DNA of 59,581 nt, the filler included. It is 8 parts of 8 records of this genome, joined end to end, with 100 filler letters (N's around TTAATTAATTAA, not from the genome) between each part and the next. Parts side by side here need not be neighbours in the genome. Positions count along the whole stretch, not along the records: positions 1 to 7,767 come from SRR31147125_105366; positions 7,868 to 15,890 come from SRR31147125_105372; 6 more parts are not named here. The stretch is one strand, 5' to 3'. Position 1 is the first letter of the stretch, and every line of letters begins with the position of its first letter. The notes under the pieces are model-generated. The model searched no databases. It had not been told where the DNA came from and was given only the letters and a program-made list of their open reading frames with translations. The position numbers and the translations under genes are program-made. Below are positions 1 through 9,467 of this stretch, piece by piece.

Positions 1-24
1 TTTTTCTCTTCGATATTTTGCCGA

Positions 25-96
25 TTGTGCCGAAAATGCACAAATATGGCGGATGTTTGAGCCTCGCAATCCGTTTTGGGCGTAAAATTTGCCCAA
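25..96. promoter_or_regulatory. Two short palindromes upstream of the rnf operon (candidate transcription-factor sites)
   Basis: TTGTGC-N7-GCACAA at 25-43 and TTGGGC-N9-GCCCAA at 76-96; the second overlaps a GG-N10-GC sigma54-like spacing. Function is inferred only. Confidence 0.25.
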
Positions 97-368
97 TCAC
101 CACATTTGCCCTTATCAAATTATCGATAATGTGGTAATAACCTGTTCTTTTTACTGCCCAGCAGTGTGTGGTACAAAACGTATCACTGCTGTTTCTTCTT
201 GTAAGGTATTGGTATTGAACGGGTTGTTTGCTGTGGCGTATGACTTGTGCGGGTTGCGCGTTGACGGTTGAACGCCACCGTTTCTTGTTTGAACGGCCAG
301 CCACTCGTTCAAGAAGCAGGTAGCAGGGCAGGTAATGATAAGCGGAGATTTAATCTCGCGCGGAGGTT

Positions 369-848
369 GTGATGACAGAAAATAAATCCGACAAGAAGAA
401 AAGCTGGGAAAATGAGGTCTGGGATCCCCAGCCGTTGATGGAGCGATCGAACATCAAACGCGACACCTACCTGAACTGCTGGTGTCCGGAGTGCGGTGAA
501 AGCCTGAACGAGGACGGAAAGGCTGTTTTCACCATCATCAACCTTCGGGGTGAAGAGGGCGTCAGCCGAGTGTCTCCATACTTGAATATCCTCGACCGGG
601 AGAGCACGATTCAGGTCGATGACGACGAGGACCTCACGGATGTGAAGTGTCCCCACTGTCAGGCGTCGCTTATCGAACCGGATCAGCCGTGTATCCAGGA
701 CGGGTGCAAGATGGTGAAATTTCATATCTCGGTGCAGGATTCGATCAAGCTCGTGATCATTATCTGTGTTCGCCGATCCTGCCGCTGGTACACGATGAGT
801 GAAGAGGACAACGAACGACTAATTTTAAGGGATAGCCATGAGTGGTAA
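369..848 (+). CDS. Cys-rich (probable Zn/Fe-binding) hypothetical protein, first gene of the rnf operon
   Basis: GGAGG RBS at 362-366; motifs CWCPEC, CPHC, CIQDGC, CVRRSC; overlaps the start of the cytochrome gene. Confidence 0.75.
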   Translation: MMTENKSDKKKSWENEVWDPQPLMERSNIKRDTYLNCWCPECGESLNEDGKAVFTIINLRGEEGVSRVSPYLNILDRESTIQVDDDEDLTDVKCPHCQASLIEPDQPCIQDGCKMVKFHISVQDSIKLVIIICVRRSCRWYTMSEEDNERLILRDSHEW

Positions 849-1467
849 ACAACGGGGTCGCCGGAACTGGACCCTTTCATTGACAGTTGCCCTGTGTGTC
901 GCTGCAGCCGCTGCGGCTGTCGGCAGCATGACCGGGGACAAAGCAGTGGTAACGGACCGGCTCTATCTGGAAAGCAGTGCGGGCAACGTCCTTTTTGACC
1001 ATGGTGCGCACAATGAGACCGTCGAGTCCTGTGCGACCTGCCATCACGATCTCTACGGGGCTGAACAGGCCTTCTCCTGTGCCGAATGCCACGACGACGA
1101 GATGGACCCGGAAGAGTTCGAACACGCCGACCTCAAGGAATTTCACGGTCGTGACTGTGCAACCTGTCACGAGCAGACCGCAGATGACGATCAGGCCGTT
1201 TCCTGCCGGACCTGCCATCCCGGAATTCAGGAAAGCGAAGGCCGTACCGTCAGCTGCAACGAATGTCACGACGACTACGAGCCCGATATGCTGGAGCATG
1301 ACGAGTACCTGGAGATTGAAGATCACTCCTGCCTCGGCTGCCACACGCCCGGCTCGGTCTCCGAATCATTTCATACGAACTGCACGAGCTGTCATGTCGA
1401 GACCGCACCGGATCGTTTTACCAATGCGGATCAAACGGTGAAGTGCAGTGCCTGTCATTTACGTTGA
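838..1467 (+). CDS. Periplasmic multiheme (8 CxxCH) cytochrome c, cytochrome c3-like, DhcA-type position upstream of rnfC
   Basis: N-terminal signal/anchor; VLFDHGAH c3-like motif; CATCH, CAECH, CATCH, CRTCH, CNECH, CLGCH, CTSCH, CSACH. Confidence 0.92.
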   Translation: MSGKQRGRRNWTLSLTVALCVAAAAAAVGSMTGDKAVVTDRLYLESSAGNVLFDHGAHNETVESCATCHHDLYGAEQAFSCAECHDDEMDPEEFEHADLKEFHGRDCATCHEQTADDDQAVSCRTCHPGIQESEGRTVSCNECHDDYEPDMLEHDEYLEIEDHSCLGCHTPGSVSESFHTNCTSCHVETAPDRFTNADQTVKCSACHLR

Positions 1468-1479
1468 GGAAGTATCTGA

Positions 1480-2799
1480 ATGCAAAAACTATTGAATTTG
1501 ATAAGGAAAAAGCCAAGCCTTCCGTACCTCACCAGGTATGATTCGGTCATACGGGAGGTCGAGGATCCGGATCACGTGGTGTTGCCGCTCGATTACACCG
1601 GGCAGGTCCATTACTTCCCGGTCGTGGAGCCCGGTGATACGGTCAGGAAGGGGCAGCCCGTCGCCAAGTCCAGAAATGGAAACACGGTTATCGCATCCAT
1701 CAGCGGAACGGTGCGGGCGATCGAATCGGTCTGGACCTCGCAGTCTGTGCACTCCCCGGCCATCATTATTGACAATGACGGCGGTGATCCGCTGTCGCCT
1801 GAGGAGATGTTCGACGGCCCGGTGGCGGCGGGTGATCTCGATGCGGCAATGATGCGGATGCGGGGGGCCGGCGTTGCACCTCCATGGACCTTGTCGGGAC
1901 GTGAATGGGGCGACGAGGAAAATATCGAACTCCCCCGGATCGAAACGGTTATCATCACCGGTGTCCGGCAGGAGACCACGGCGCTCACCTCACAGCTTCT
2001 GCTGGAGCAGCAGCGGGATAAAGTGGCTGAGGGGCTCAAGCGCATCGTCACGCTGCTCCCCGGCGCGCGTATCTGCCTGACTCTGCCGAAGTCGTTCAGC
2101 TCGTGGGGGGACGGTGAGTTTGGAGAACTGGCGGAACTGCATTACCTGCCGGAATCCTACTTCGACCGGATCGAACGTGAAGTCGTCGCGAAAATTCTTG
2201 GTCACAGAATCCCCAACCGGGACAGCTATCGAAACCACGGGATTGCGGTTCTCGACCTCGAGTACCTGCTCGCGATTGTGGATGCGCTTGACGGTAAAGC
2301 GTCGCTCACCCACAAGTGCATTACCATCAGCGGCAACACTATGGAAGAGGCGGTAACGGTCAGATTCCCGTTGGGAACATCTCTCGGGCATATCCTGGCC
2401 AGCCAGGGACTCGACATCTCGGATTACTCCCGGCCGCTGGTCGGCGGTCCGATGATGGGGGTCGCCCAGTTCACCGACCAGACACCGATCACCTATTTCA
2501 ACAGTATACACCTGATCGCCGGTGATATGGCGCCGTTCGATGCAATTGCTCCCTGCATCAACTGCGGCCGCTGCACGAGGGTCTGTCCGGTGGACATCCA
2601 GGTGCACCTGGTCAACCGGATGGTCGAGTTCGGCCAGCTCGATTCGGCGCGTGATCTCAGCCCGGAAGCCTGCCATGAGTGTGGCCTGTGCGCGTATGTG
2701 TGTCCCGCCCAGCGGCCCATCGTACAGCTTCTCCACTTCTGTAACCATGATATGATACACGGTGAGCGATTCACCTGGGCGGTCGGAGGTAATTCATGA
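1480..2799 (+). CDS. rnfC: Rnf complex subunit C (divergent)
   Basis: N-terminal VEPGDTVRKGQPVA..ASISGTV barrel, GGPMMG motif, two 4Fe-4S motifs CINCGRCTRVCP and CHECGLCAYVCP; synteny. Confidence 0.88.
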   Translation: MQKLLNLIRKKPSLPYLTRYDSVIREVEDPDHVVLPLDYTGQVHYFPVVEPGDTVRKGQPVAKSRNGNTVIASISGTVRAIESVWTSQSVHSPAIIIDNDGGDPLSPEEMFDGPVAAGDLDAAMMRMRGAGVAPPWTLSGREWGDEENIELPRIETVIITGVRQETTALTSQLLLEQQRDKVAEGLKRIVTLLPGARICLTLPKSFSSWGDGEFGELAELHYLPESYFDRIEREVVAKILGHRIPNRDSYRNHGIAVLDLEYLLAIVDALDGKASLTHKCITISGNTMEEAVTVRFPLGTSLGHILASQGLDISDYSRPLVGGPMMGVAQFTDQTPITYFNSIHLIAGDMAPFDAIAPCINCGRCTRVCPVDIQVHLVNRMVEFGQLDSARDLSPEACHECGLCAYVCPAQRPIVQLLHFCNHDMIHGERFTWAVGGNS

Positions 2800-3789
2800 A
2801 ACCATTGAAAATGTTCGATCAGCCGGAACCGGTTGGTCACGATATGCTCGACGTCGCCGTCGGGCCGCATTGCCGGATGGGATCCGGGCTGGCTGAGATT
2901 TACCAGCTCTGGGTCATCGCGCTTGCCCCGGCCATGGTGGGCAGTCTCTTTTTCTTCGGGACCGGCGCGCTTCGAGTGTTCGGATTGTGCGTCGGTCTTG
3001 CCGTCATCATTGACTATATATGCGAGAAGCTTGCTCCGTCGCGCGATCTTACATCCAACTGGAGCAGCGTCAGTATGGCTCTGCTGCTGGCCTTCATGCT
3101 GCCGCTCAATGCGCCCTGGTGGCTGATCCTGGTCGGCTGCTTCCTGATGATTGTGGTCGGCAAGAAATTCTTCGGCGGTGTCGGCGCCTACCCGGTTCAG
3201 CCGGCAGTACTGGCGGTGGCTGTGATGCAGCTTTCCTGGCCCGACCGGATGGATTACACCGCGGCGCTGAAGGATATGGACTGGTCGGTGACCATGATCG
3301 AGCCGTTGCGGCTGGTGAAGTCGATCGGCGCTGAAGCTGCCCATCAGTATAACTGGTATGAGATGTTCTTCGGGTTCCAGGTTGCCGGCACCGGCAACGG
3401 GATGGTCTTCTTCCTGCTCTTCAGTGGCTTGCTCTTGCTCCTGATGCGCGAGATTCAGTGGCATGCCCTGCAGGGTTCGCGATCGGCCTGATTGCGACCG
3501 CTTCTTTGCTGCACTGGAGTGACCCGGTTGCCTTCCCGTCCCCGATATTCTATCTGCTCAGCGGTGGAACGGTCTTCATGGCGCTGTTCCTGCTGACCGA
3601 CCACACGAACTCTCCGGTGAACAACACCCCGCTTTTCATCTACGGGCTTCTCGCCGGGGTGCTGCTGATGCTGATCAGGGGGTACTCAAATCATGTCGAC
3701 GGCATTGCCTATACGGTGCTGCTGGTAAACCTCTGTGCCCCGCTGCTGGACATGATCAAACCGAAACCGAAGGGGCTGGAAATGTCTGA
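2796..3789 (+). CDS. rnfD: Rnf complex subunit D (frameshift near 3466-3468; 3' end probably also affected by a 1-nt loss near 3772-3775)
   Basis: Polytopic membrane protein with GKKFFGGVGAYPVQPA motif; ORF 2796-3491 continues in ORF 3458-; one extra C in the CCC run restores HAPAGFAIG; one extra G in the GGGG run gives ...GAGNV* with the stop overlapping the rnfG ATG. Confidence 0.82.
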
Positions 3790-4369
3790 GATTACCCGTA
3801 TGGTTGTCGTACTGTCCCTGATTGCAGGGATCTGCTCGGCGGCGTTGACTTCTGCAAACTACCTGCTCGATCCATACGTGAACAAGCAGACCGATTTTTA
3901 TGTGCGCGGTCCGGCCCTTGAGCGGCTCTTCGGTAAACCAGCCGAAGAGGTCCTTGGAAACAAGGTTGTCGTAGCCGATGAAAACGGTGAAACCCCGATA
4001 TTTTTCATGAAGGACGGGGATACGGTATCACGGATCGCCGTCGAGGCGATCGGACCGGGCAGTTTCGGCGGGAATCTCGTGATCATGGTCGGCATTGACC
4101 TGGAGGAAGCCAAACTGACCGGGATGGAGGCCGTGAGCCACAGTGAAACCCCCGGACTCGGCGCCCGCATCGAAGATGATTCGTTCCGCCGCCAGTGGAA
4201 CGGACTGCCGATAGATCAGCCGGTCGCGATTACCACGGACGGCGGCGTCATTGACGCGATAAGCGGCGCATCCACCACGTCTCGTGCGGCCGCCAACGGT
4301 ACCAATCAGATTCTCGATTTTGTGCGTGACAAGCAGGACGAGATACTCGCGCAGATAGAAACGCTTTAA
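3782..4369 (+). CDS. rnfG: Rnf complex subunit G (FMN-binding)
   Basis: MSEITRMVVVLSLIAG N-terminal TM helix, HSETPGLG motif, DAISGAS flavinylation motif. Confidence 0.9.
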   Translation: MSEITRMVVVLSLIAGICSAALTSANYLLDPYVNKQTDFYVRGPALERLFGKPAEEVLGNKVVVADENGETPIFFMKDGDTVSRIAVEAIGPGSFGGNLVIMVGIDLEEAKLTGMEAVSHSETPGLGARIEDDSFRRQWNGLPIDQPVAITTDGGVIDAISGASTTSRAAANGTNQILDFVRDKQDEILAQIETL

Positions 4370-4383
4370 AAGGAACATCCGCT

Positions 4384-5001
4384 ATGGCAAACAAATACAT
4401 TGAAACATTGACGGCCGGTCTGTGGAAACGCATTCCGCCGTTCCGCCTGGTGCTCGGGCTCTGCCCGGCCCTGGCCGTGACCATGTCGGCGGAGAACGGC
4501 CTCGGCATGGGGCTCGCGACGGCATTTGTCGTCACGCTGTCCAATGGGGCAATTTCCGCGCTCAGGAACGTAATCCCGAACAAGGTGCGCATCGCGGCCT
4601 ATATCGTGATCATCGCGACTTTGGTGTCGATAGTCGAAATCCTGATGAAGGCGTTCTTCTTCCCGCTTTCCCAGCAACTCGGCATCTATATCCCGCTGAT
4701 CGTGGTCAACTGCATCGTCCTGGGGCGCGCTGAGGGATTTGCGGCAAAGAATCCGCCGCTTCTGTCGATGGTCGACGGGTTCAGCGTCGGAATCGGCTAT
4801 GCCTTGTCTCTGACGCTTGTCGGTTCGATTCGAGAGATCTTCGGTGCGGGAACCTGGTTCGGCATGCCGGTGCTGCCGGGATCCTACGAGCCGATGACCT
4901 TTCTCGTGTCGGCACCGGGAGCGTTTGTCACCCTCGGTACGCTGCTGGCATTGCAAAACCTCTTCTCACGCTGGCGCGGCGAGAAGTTCATCCAGGGATA
5001 A
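4384..5001 (+). CDS. rnfE: Rnf complex subunit E
   Basis: LGLCPALAVT and IPLIVVNCIVLGRAE motifs, APGAF. Confidence 0.95.
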   Translation: MANKYIETLTAGLWKRIPPFRLVLGLCPALAVTMSAENGLGMGLATAFVVTLSNGAISALRNVIPNKVRIAAYIVIIATLVSIVEILMKAFFFPLSQQLGIYIPLIVVNCIVLGRAEGFAAKNPPLLSMVDGFSVGIGYALSLTLVGSIREIFGAGTWFGMPVLPGSYEPMTFLVSAPGAFVTLGTLLALQNLFSRWRGEKFIQG

Positions 5002-5014
5002 GGGGGAAAAGTAA

Positions 5015-5587
5015 ATGGATCTGTTTTATCTGGCCATCTCTGCGACCTTCGTCAACAATATTCTGCTCGCGCAGTACCTTGGAAACTGCCCGTTTCTCGG
5101 GGTATCGAAGAAGCTTGAAACCGCACTGGGAATGGCTGCGGCCGTCGTGTTCGTCACTGTGATGGCGGCGATTTTCACGTGGGCGGTTCTCACATACGTG
5201 CTCCTCCCGTACAACCTCGAGTTTCTGCAGACACTCAGTTTCATCCTGATTATCGCGTCGCTCGTGCAGCTCGTGGAAATCATTTTGAAGAAGCAGAGCC
5301 GGGTGTTGTATAATGCGCTTGGTGTCTACCTGCCGCTCATCACCACGAATTGTGCGGTGATGGGTGTTGCGCTGCTGGTCGCCAAGAAGGAGTACAACTT
5401 TATCGAGATGCTGGTATTCTCGTCCACCAGTGCGGTCGGGTACGGTCTTGCGCTGGTTCTCTTTGCCGGTATTCGCGAGCGGCTGTTCATATCAGCCGTA
5501 CCGAAATCACTGCAGGGAACCTCGATCGCGCTTATAACCGCCGGTATCATGGCGCTTGCGTTCATGGGTTTCAAAGGTATGGCATAA
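5015..5587 (+). CDS. rnfA: Rnf complex subunit A
   Basis: LGNCPFLGVSKK, LPLITTNCAVMG, GIMALAFMGF. Confidence 0.95.
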   Translation: MDLFYLAISATFVNNILLAQYLGNCPFLGVSKKLETALGMAAAVVFVTVMAAIFTWAVLTYVLLPYNLEFLQTLSFILIIASLVQLVEIILKKQSRVLYNALGVYLPLITTNCAVMGVALLVAKKEYNFIEMLVFSSTSAVGYGLALVLFAGIRERLFISAVPKSLQGTSIALITAGIMALAFMGFKGMA

Positions 5588-5650
5588 CGGTTGAACGGAT
5601 GCTGAATCGGCATCCGGTAAGGATCGGTTTTCGAACCAAGGAGAAGTAAC

Positions 5651-7767
5651 GTGTTAACACCAGTACTATTACTCGTCGGGATCGCTTTTGTATCGGCCGT
5701 TATCCTCGGGTTGGCCGGAAGATTATTTTACGTGGAAGAGGACCCCCGCATTGCGGCCGTAGCCGATATGCTTCCGGGTGCCAACTGCGGCGGCTGCGGT
5801 CAGGCCGGCTGCAGTTCCGCTGCCGAAGCGATGGTCAAGGGTGACATCGAAGTCAACTCCTGCGTGGTCGGTGGTACCGAGACGGCTGAAGAGATTGGCG
5901 CATTTCTCGGCTACGATGTGAGTGGCTCCGAGCCGACGCTGGCCTGCACCACCTGTGAAGGGGGGTACCGGGCGGCCCGCAAATTCGACTATTCCGGGCT
6001 GCAGGACTGCCGGGCGGCTCTCCAGCTCTATCACGGCTTTCTGCGTTGCGAGAACGGGTGCCTCGGCCTTGGTTCCTGCATGCGGGCCTGCAGGTTTTCT
6101 GCAATCACGATGAGTGAGGAGACCGGCCTGCCGGTGTTCGACCCTGAACGGTGTGTGGGCTGCGGCAAGTGCACCGAGGCGTGCCCGAAAGGCATTGTGA
6201 AGCTGGTCGGGGAGACAACCAAGATCCTGCACTGGAACCAGTACAACCAGTGTCTGTCGCCCTGTCGTCAGCGGTGCCCCGCGCAGCTCAACATCCCGAA
6301 ATATCTCGGTCATGCAAAACGCGGTGAGTACGCTGCAGCCCTGGCCACCATCAAGGACAACAACCCGCTGGTCACCGCCACCGGCCGCGTCTGCCCCGAG
6401 TTGTGCGCGACCGAGTGCCGGCGTGAAATCAACGATGACCCGCTGGCTATCAATGCGATTAAACGTTTTCTGTCGGACTGGGAGCGTGACTCCGGACAGC
6501 GGATTATCGCCCCGGTGGCCGCAGATACCGGCAAGAAAATCGCGGTTGTCGGAGGCGGACCGTCTGGTCTGAGTGCGGCCTACTACCTGCGGCGGCTTGG
6601 TCACCAGGTCGATATCTTCGAGCAGATGGAGAAGCTCGGCGGCATGCCGCTCTACGGTATTCCCGATTACCGCCTCTCCGAGGAACAATACCTGTGGGAT
6701 ATCAACGGGGTACTCGAACTCGGCGTCACTGCCCATACCGGGGTCAAGCTCGGTGAGGACTTCACGATCCGTTCCCTCAAAGCGATGGGATTTGATGCCG
6801 TCTACCTGGCCCTGGGTTGCTGGTTCGGCCGGATGCTCCCGTTCGAAGGAAAGGAACTCGAGGGGATCTACAGCGGCATCGACTACCTGCGTCGCTACCA
6901 CACGGACGAGGATCTCATTAAGGGCAAGGACTACATCATTATTGGTGCCGGAAACGTGGCCATGGACTGCGCGCGCTCGGCGCTGCGCACCGGTGCGGAG
7001 TCCGTCAACCTGCTTTTCCGCTTCTCCCGTGACCTGATGGAGGCGAATGCCCACGAGATTGTCGATGCGGAGACCGAAGGTGTGGCGATGCACTGTCTGG
7101 TTTCTCCGATGAAGTTTATCGGCGAGAACGGCAAGCTGACCGGCATCCAGGTGCAGGATGTCACGCTGAAAGATAATCCCGGTGCGCTGCCGGATTGTAT
7201 CCCGGTCGAGGGCACGGTTCGCGTTATCCCGTGCGATATCGTTATCCAGGCCGTTGGACAGGGGGCTGATCTCGATGCGATCGTCGAGGCGGACGGGCTC
7301 GCTAAGACCAGGTTCAGCACCGTTGATGCAAACGAGGAAACACTGGAAACCAATATCCCCGGCGTCTTTGCCGGCGGTGATTGTTTCTCCGGGCCGCGCC
7401 TGATGATCGAGGCGATCGCGGCCGGGCGTTATGCGGCTCGCTCTATCCACTATTATGTGACGGAAGGCGAGATACCGCCGATCGAGGACCGCCAGCGTGA
7501 GATGATGGCTCCGTCCCTGGTCGACTCGCTCTCCAACGTGTCCCCGGTTTCGAAGGTGGCACCAAAACCGATGATTCCGGTCGCGGAACGGATGGGAACA
7601 TTCCGTGAAGTAGAGGGTACGATCACGGAAGACCAGTGCACTAACGAAGCGATGCGTTGCCTGAACTGCGGTATCTACTGCTACGATCAGGACAACCTCG
7701 CCGATGGGGACATTCAGGCCTCCACGTCCTGCCCGAACGAACCGCACATCATCGAGAAGGCGGAAGA
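5651..7767 (+). CDS. rnfB: RnfB fused to a GltD/Nfn/Sud-type FAD- and NAD(P)-binding Fe-S oxidoreductase (3' truncated by contig end)
   Basis: LPGANCGGCG..GC RnfB Fe-S motif, ferredoxin motifs CLGLGSCMRAC and CVGCGKCTEACP, then PCRQRCP / GRVCPELC, GGGPSG and GAGNVAMD dinucleotide motifs, FAGGD, EAMRCLNC. Confidence 0.9.
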
Positions 7768-7867
7768 NNNNNNNNNNNNNNNNNNNNNNNNNNNNNNNNN
7801 NNNNNNNNNNNTTAATTAATTAANNNNNNNNNNNNNNNNNNNNNNNNNNNNNNNNNNNNNNNNNNNN
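7768..7867. other. Artificial contig linker
   Basis: 44 N + TTAATTAATTAA (stops in all six frames) + 44 N. Confidence 0.99.
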
Positions 7868-7868
7868 G

Positions 7869-9416
7869 GACTACTTCGATTACGAGGAATCGGTGGCCCG
7901 GGTGCCCTCCCACCGGATCCTGGCTGTACTGCGGGGTCAGCGGGAAGGCTACCTTCGGGTGAAGGCCCGGGTACGGGACATACGAGCTGTGGAGTGGCTG
8001 GAACGCCGGCTCATTCGTGGCCGGGGAGGCAATGCCGAGCAGGTGAAGCTGGCGGTGGCCGACAGCTGGAACCGCCTTACCGCACCTGCGTTGGAAAAAG
8101 ACATTCTGAAGGAACTCAAGAGCCGAGCCGACGCGGAGGCCATCCGGGTATTCACCCGAAATCTGGAGCATATGCTCCTGGCCCCACCTCTGGGCGCGAA
8201 GGCGGTGGTGGCGGTGGATCCGGGATTCCGGACCGGCGGCAAGGCATGCGCCCTGGATGCCCATGGATCGCTCAGGGGTCACGATGTCATACATCCGGAA
8301 GGTTCCTCCGGGGCGAAAGCCGCAGCGGCGACCATCCTGGAGAAATTGGCCGCCGGAGTGAAGGCCGAAGCCTTTGCGGTGGGCAACGGCACCGCCGGCC
8401 GGGAGACCGAAGCGTTCATCCGGGAAGCCTTTCCCGGCAGGCCGGTGATATCGGTGGATGAGCGGGGCGCCTCGGTCTATTCGGCTTCCGCCGAAGCTCG
8501 ACGGGAGTTCGGCGACCTTGACCTGACCGTCCGGGGCTCGGTGTCCATCGGACGGCGGCTGCAGGATCCCCTGGCAGAACTGGTGAAAATCGACCCGGAG
8601 GCCATCGGCGTCGGACAGTACCAGCATGATGTTGATGCCGCCGCTCTGGCCGGCGCCCTGGACGATACGGTGCAATCAGTGGTGAACGCCGTGGGAGTGG
8701 AGCTCAATTCAGCCAGCGAAGCCCTGCTGTCCCGGGTCTCCGGCCTGGGTCCGGCCCTGGCCGCAGCCATTGTGAAACAACGCCGTGACGAAGGCCCTTA
8801 CAGGAGCCGCCGGGAGCTGCTGAAGGTACCCCGGCTGGGGGCGAAGGCCTTCGAACAGGCCGCCGGATTCCTGCGGATCTCCGGAGCCGATAATCCTCTG
8901 GACGGCAGCGCGGTGCATCCGGAACGCTACCCCCTCGTACAGAGAATGGCCGGCGACCTCGGTACCGACGTCGCCGGCCTGCTCTCTTCGCCGGAACTGA
9001 GGAAGAAGATCCGAGCCGAAGTCTATGTGGGCAGTGCCGCTGGAGACGACGGCATCACGGCTGCCGGCCTGCCCACCATTCGGGACATCCTGGCAGAGCT
9101 GGACAAACCGGGACGGGATCCCCGGGGCAGCTTCGAGTCCTTCAGTTTCGATGAAAGCATCCACAGCATCGCCGATGTGGAAGAAGGAATGGTGCTGCCG
9201 GGTACCGTCACCAACGTCACCGCCTTCGGTGCATTCGTGGACATCGGCGCCCACCGCGACGGCCTGGTCCATATCAGCCGGCTGGCGGATCGGTATGTCA
9301 ACGATCCCTCGGATATTGTGGCGGTCAACCAGCATGTGACGGTGAAGGTGCTGGAAGTCGACCGGAAGAGGGGACGGATGAGTTTCTCGATGAAGGCTGA
9401 CGATATCGGGTCATAG
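7869..9416 (+). CDS. tex: Tex-family transcription accessory / S1 RNA-binding protein (5' truncated)
   Basis: SHRILA..RG, DPGFRTG, GNGTAGRET, SVYSAS, RRLQDPLAELVKIDP..IGVGQYQHD, HhH region, C-terminal S1 domain (NVTAFGAFVDIG). Confidence 0.95.
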   Translation, partial: DYFDYEESVARVPSHRILAVLRGQREGYLRVKARVRDIRAVEWLERRLIRGRGGNAEQVKLAVADSWNRLTAPALEKDILKELKSRADAEAIRVFTRNLEHMLLAPPLGAKAVVAVDPGFRTGGKACALDAHGSLRGHDVIHPEGSSGAKAAAATILEKLAAGVKAEAFAVGNGTAGRETEAFIREAFPGRPVISVDERGASVYSASAEARREFGDLDLTVRGSVSIGRRLQDPLAELVKIDPEAIGVGQYQHDVDAAALAGALDDTVQSVVNAVGVELNSASEALLSRVSGLGPALAAAIVKQRRDEGPYRSRRELLKVPRLGAKAFEQAAGFLRISGADNPLDGSAVHPERYPLVQRMAGDLGTDVAGLLSSPELRKKIRAEVYVGSAAGDDGITAAGLPTIRDILAELDKPGRDPRGSFESFSFDESIHSIADVEEGMVLPGTVTNVTAFGAFVDIGAHRDGLVHISRLADRYVNDPSDIVAVNQHVTVKVLEVDRKRGRMSFSMKADDIGS

Positions 9417-9467
9417 AAACGCCGCCGGACATGCCGGCGGCGTACAGTCGTCATTCTCCGACGGTTA

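Noticed and set aside
3458-4369. Apparent RnfD(C-terminal)-RnfG fusion protein
   Set aside because: One extra G in the GGGG run at 3772-3775 ends RnfD at a TGA overlapping the rnfG ATG. The same error type recurs throughout the window, so a true fusion is unlikely, though not excluded without reads.
5723-7747. Long antisense ORFs (e.g. 5723-7747, 10507-11988, 14008-15261, 34273-35286)
   Set aside because: Shadow ORFs opposite well-supported genes in GC-rich DNA, with no recognisable motifs.
7768-7867. TTAATTAATTAA repeated seven times as a biological repeat
   Set aside because: Always centred in identical N padding; it is an artificial all-frame-stop linker. No gene-neighbourhood inference across linkers is valid.
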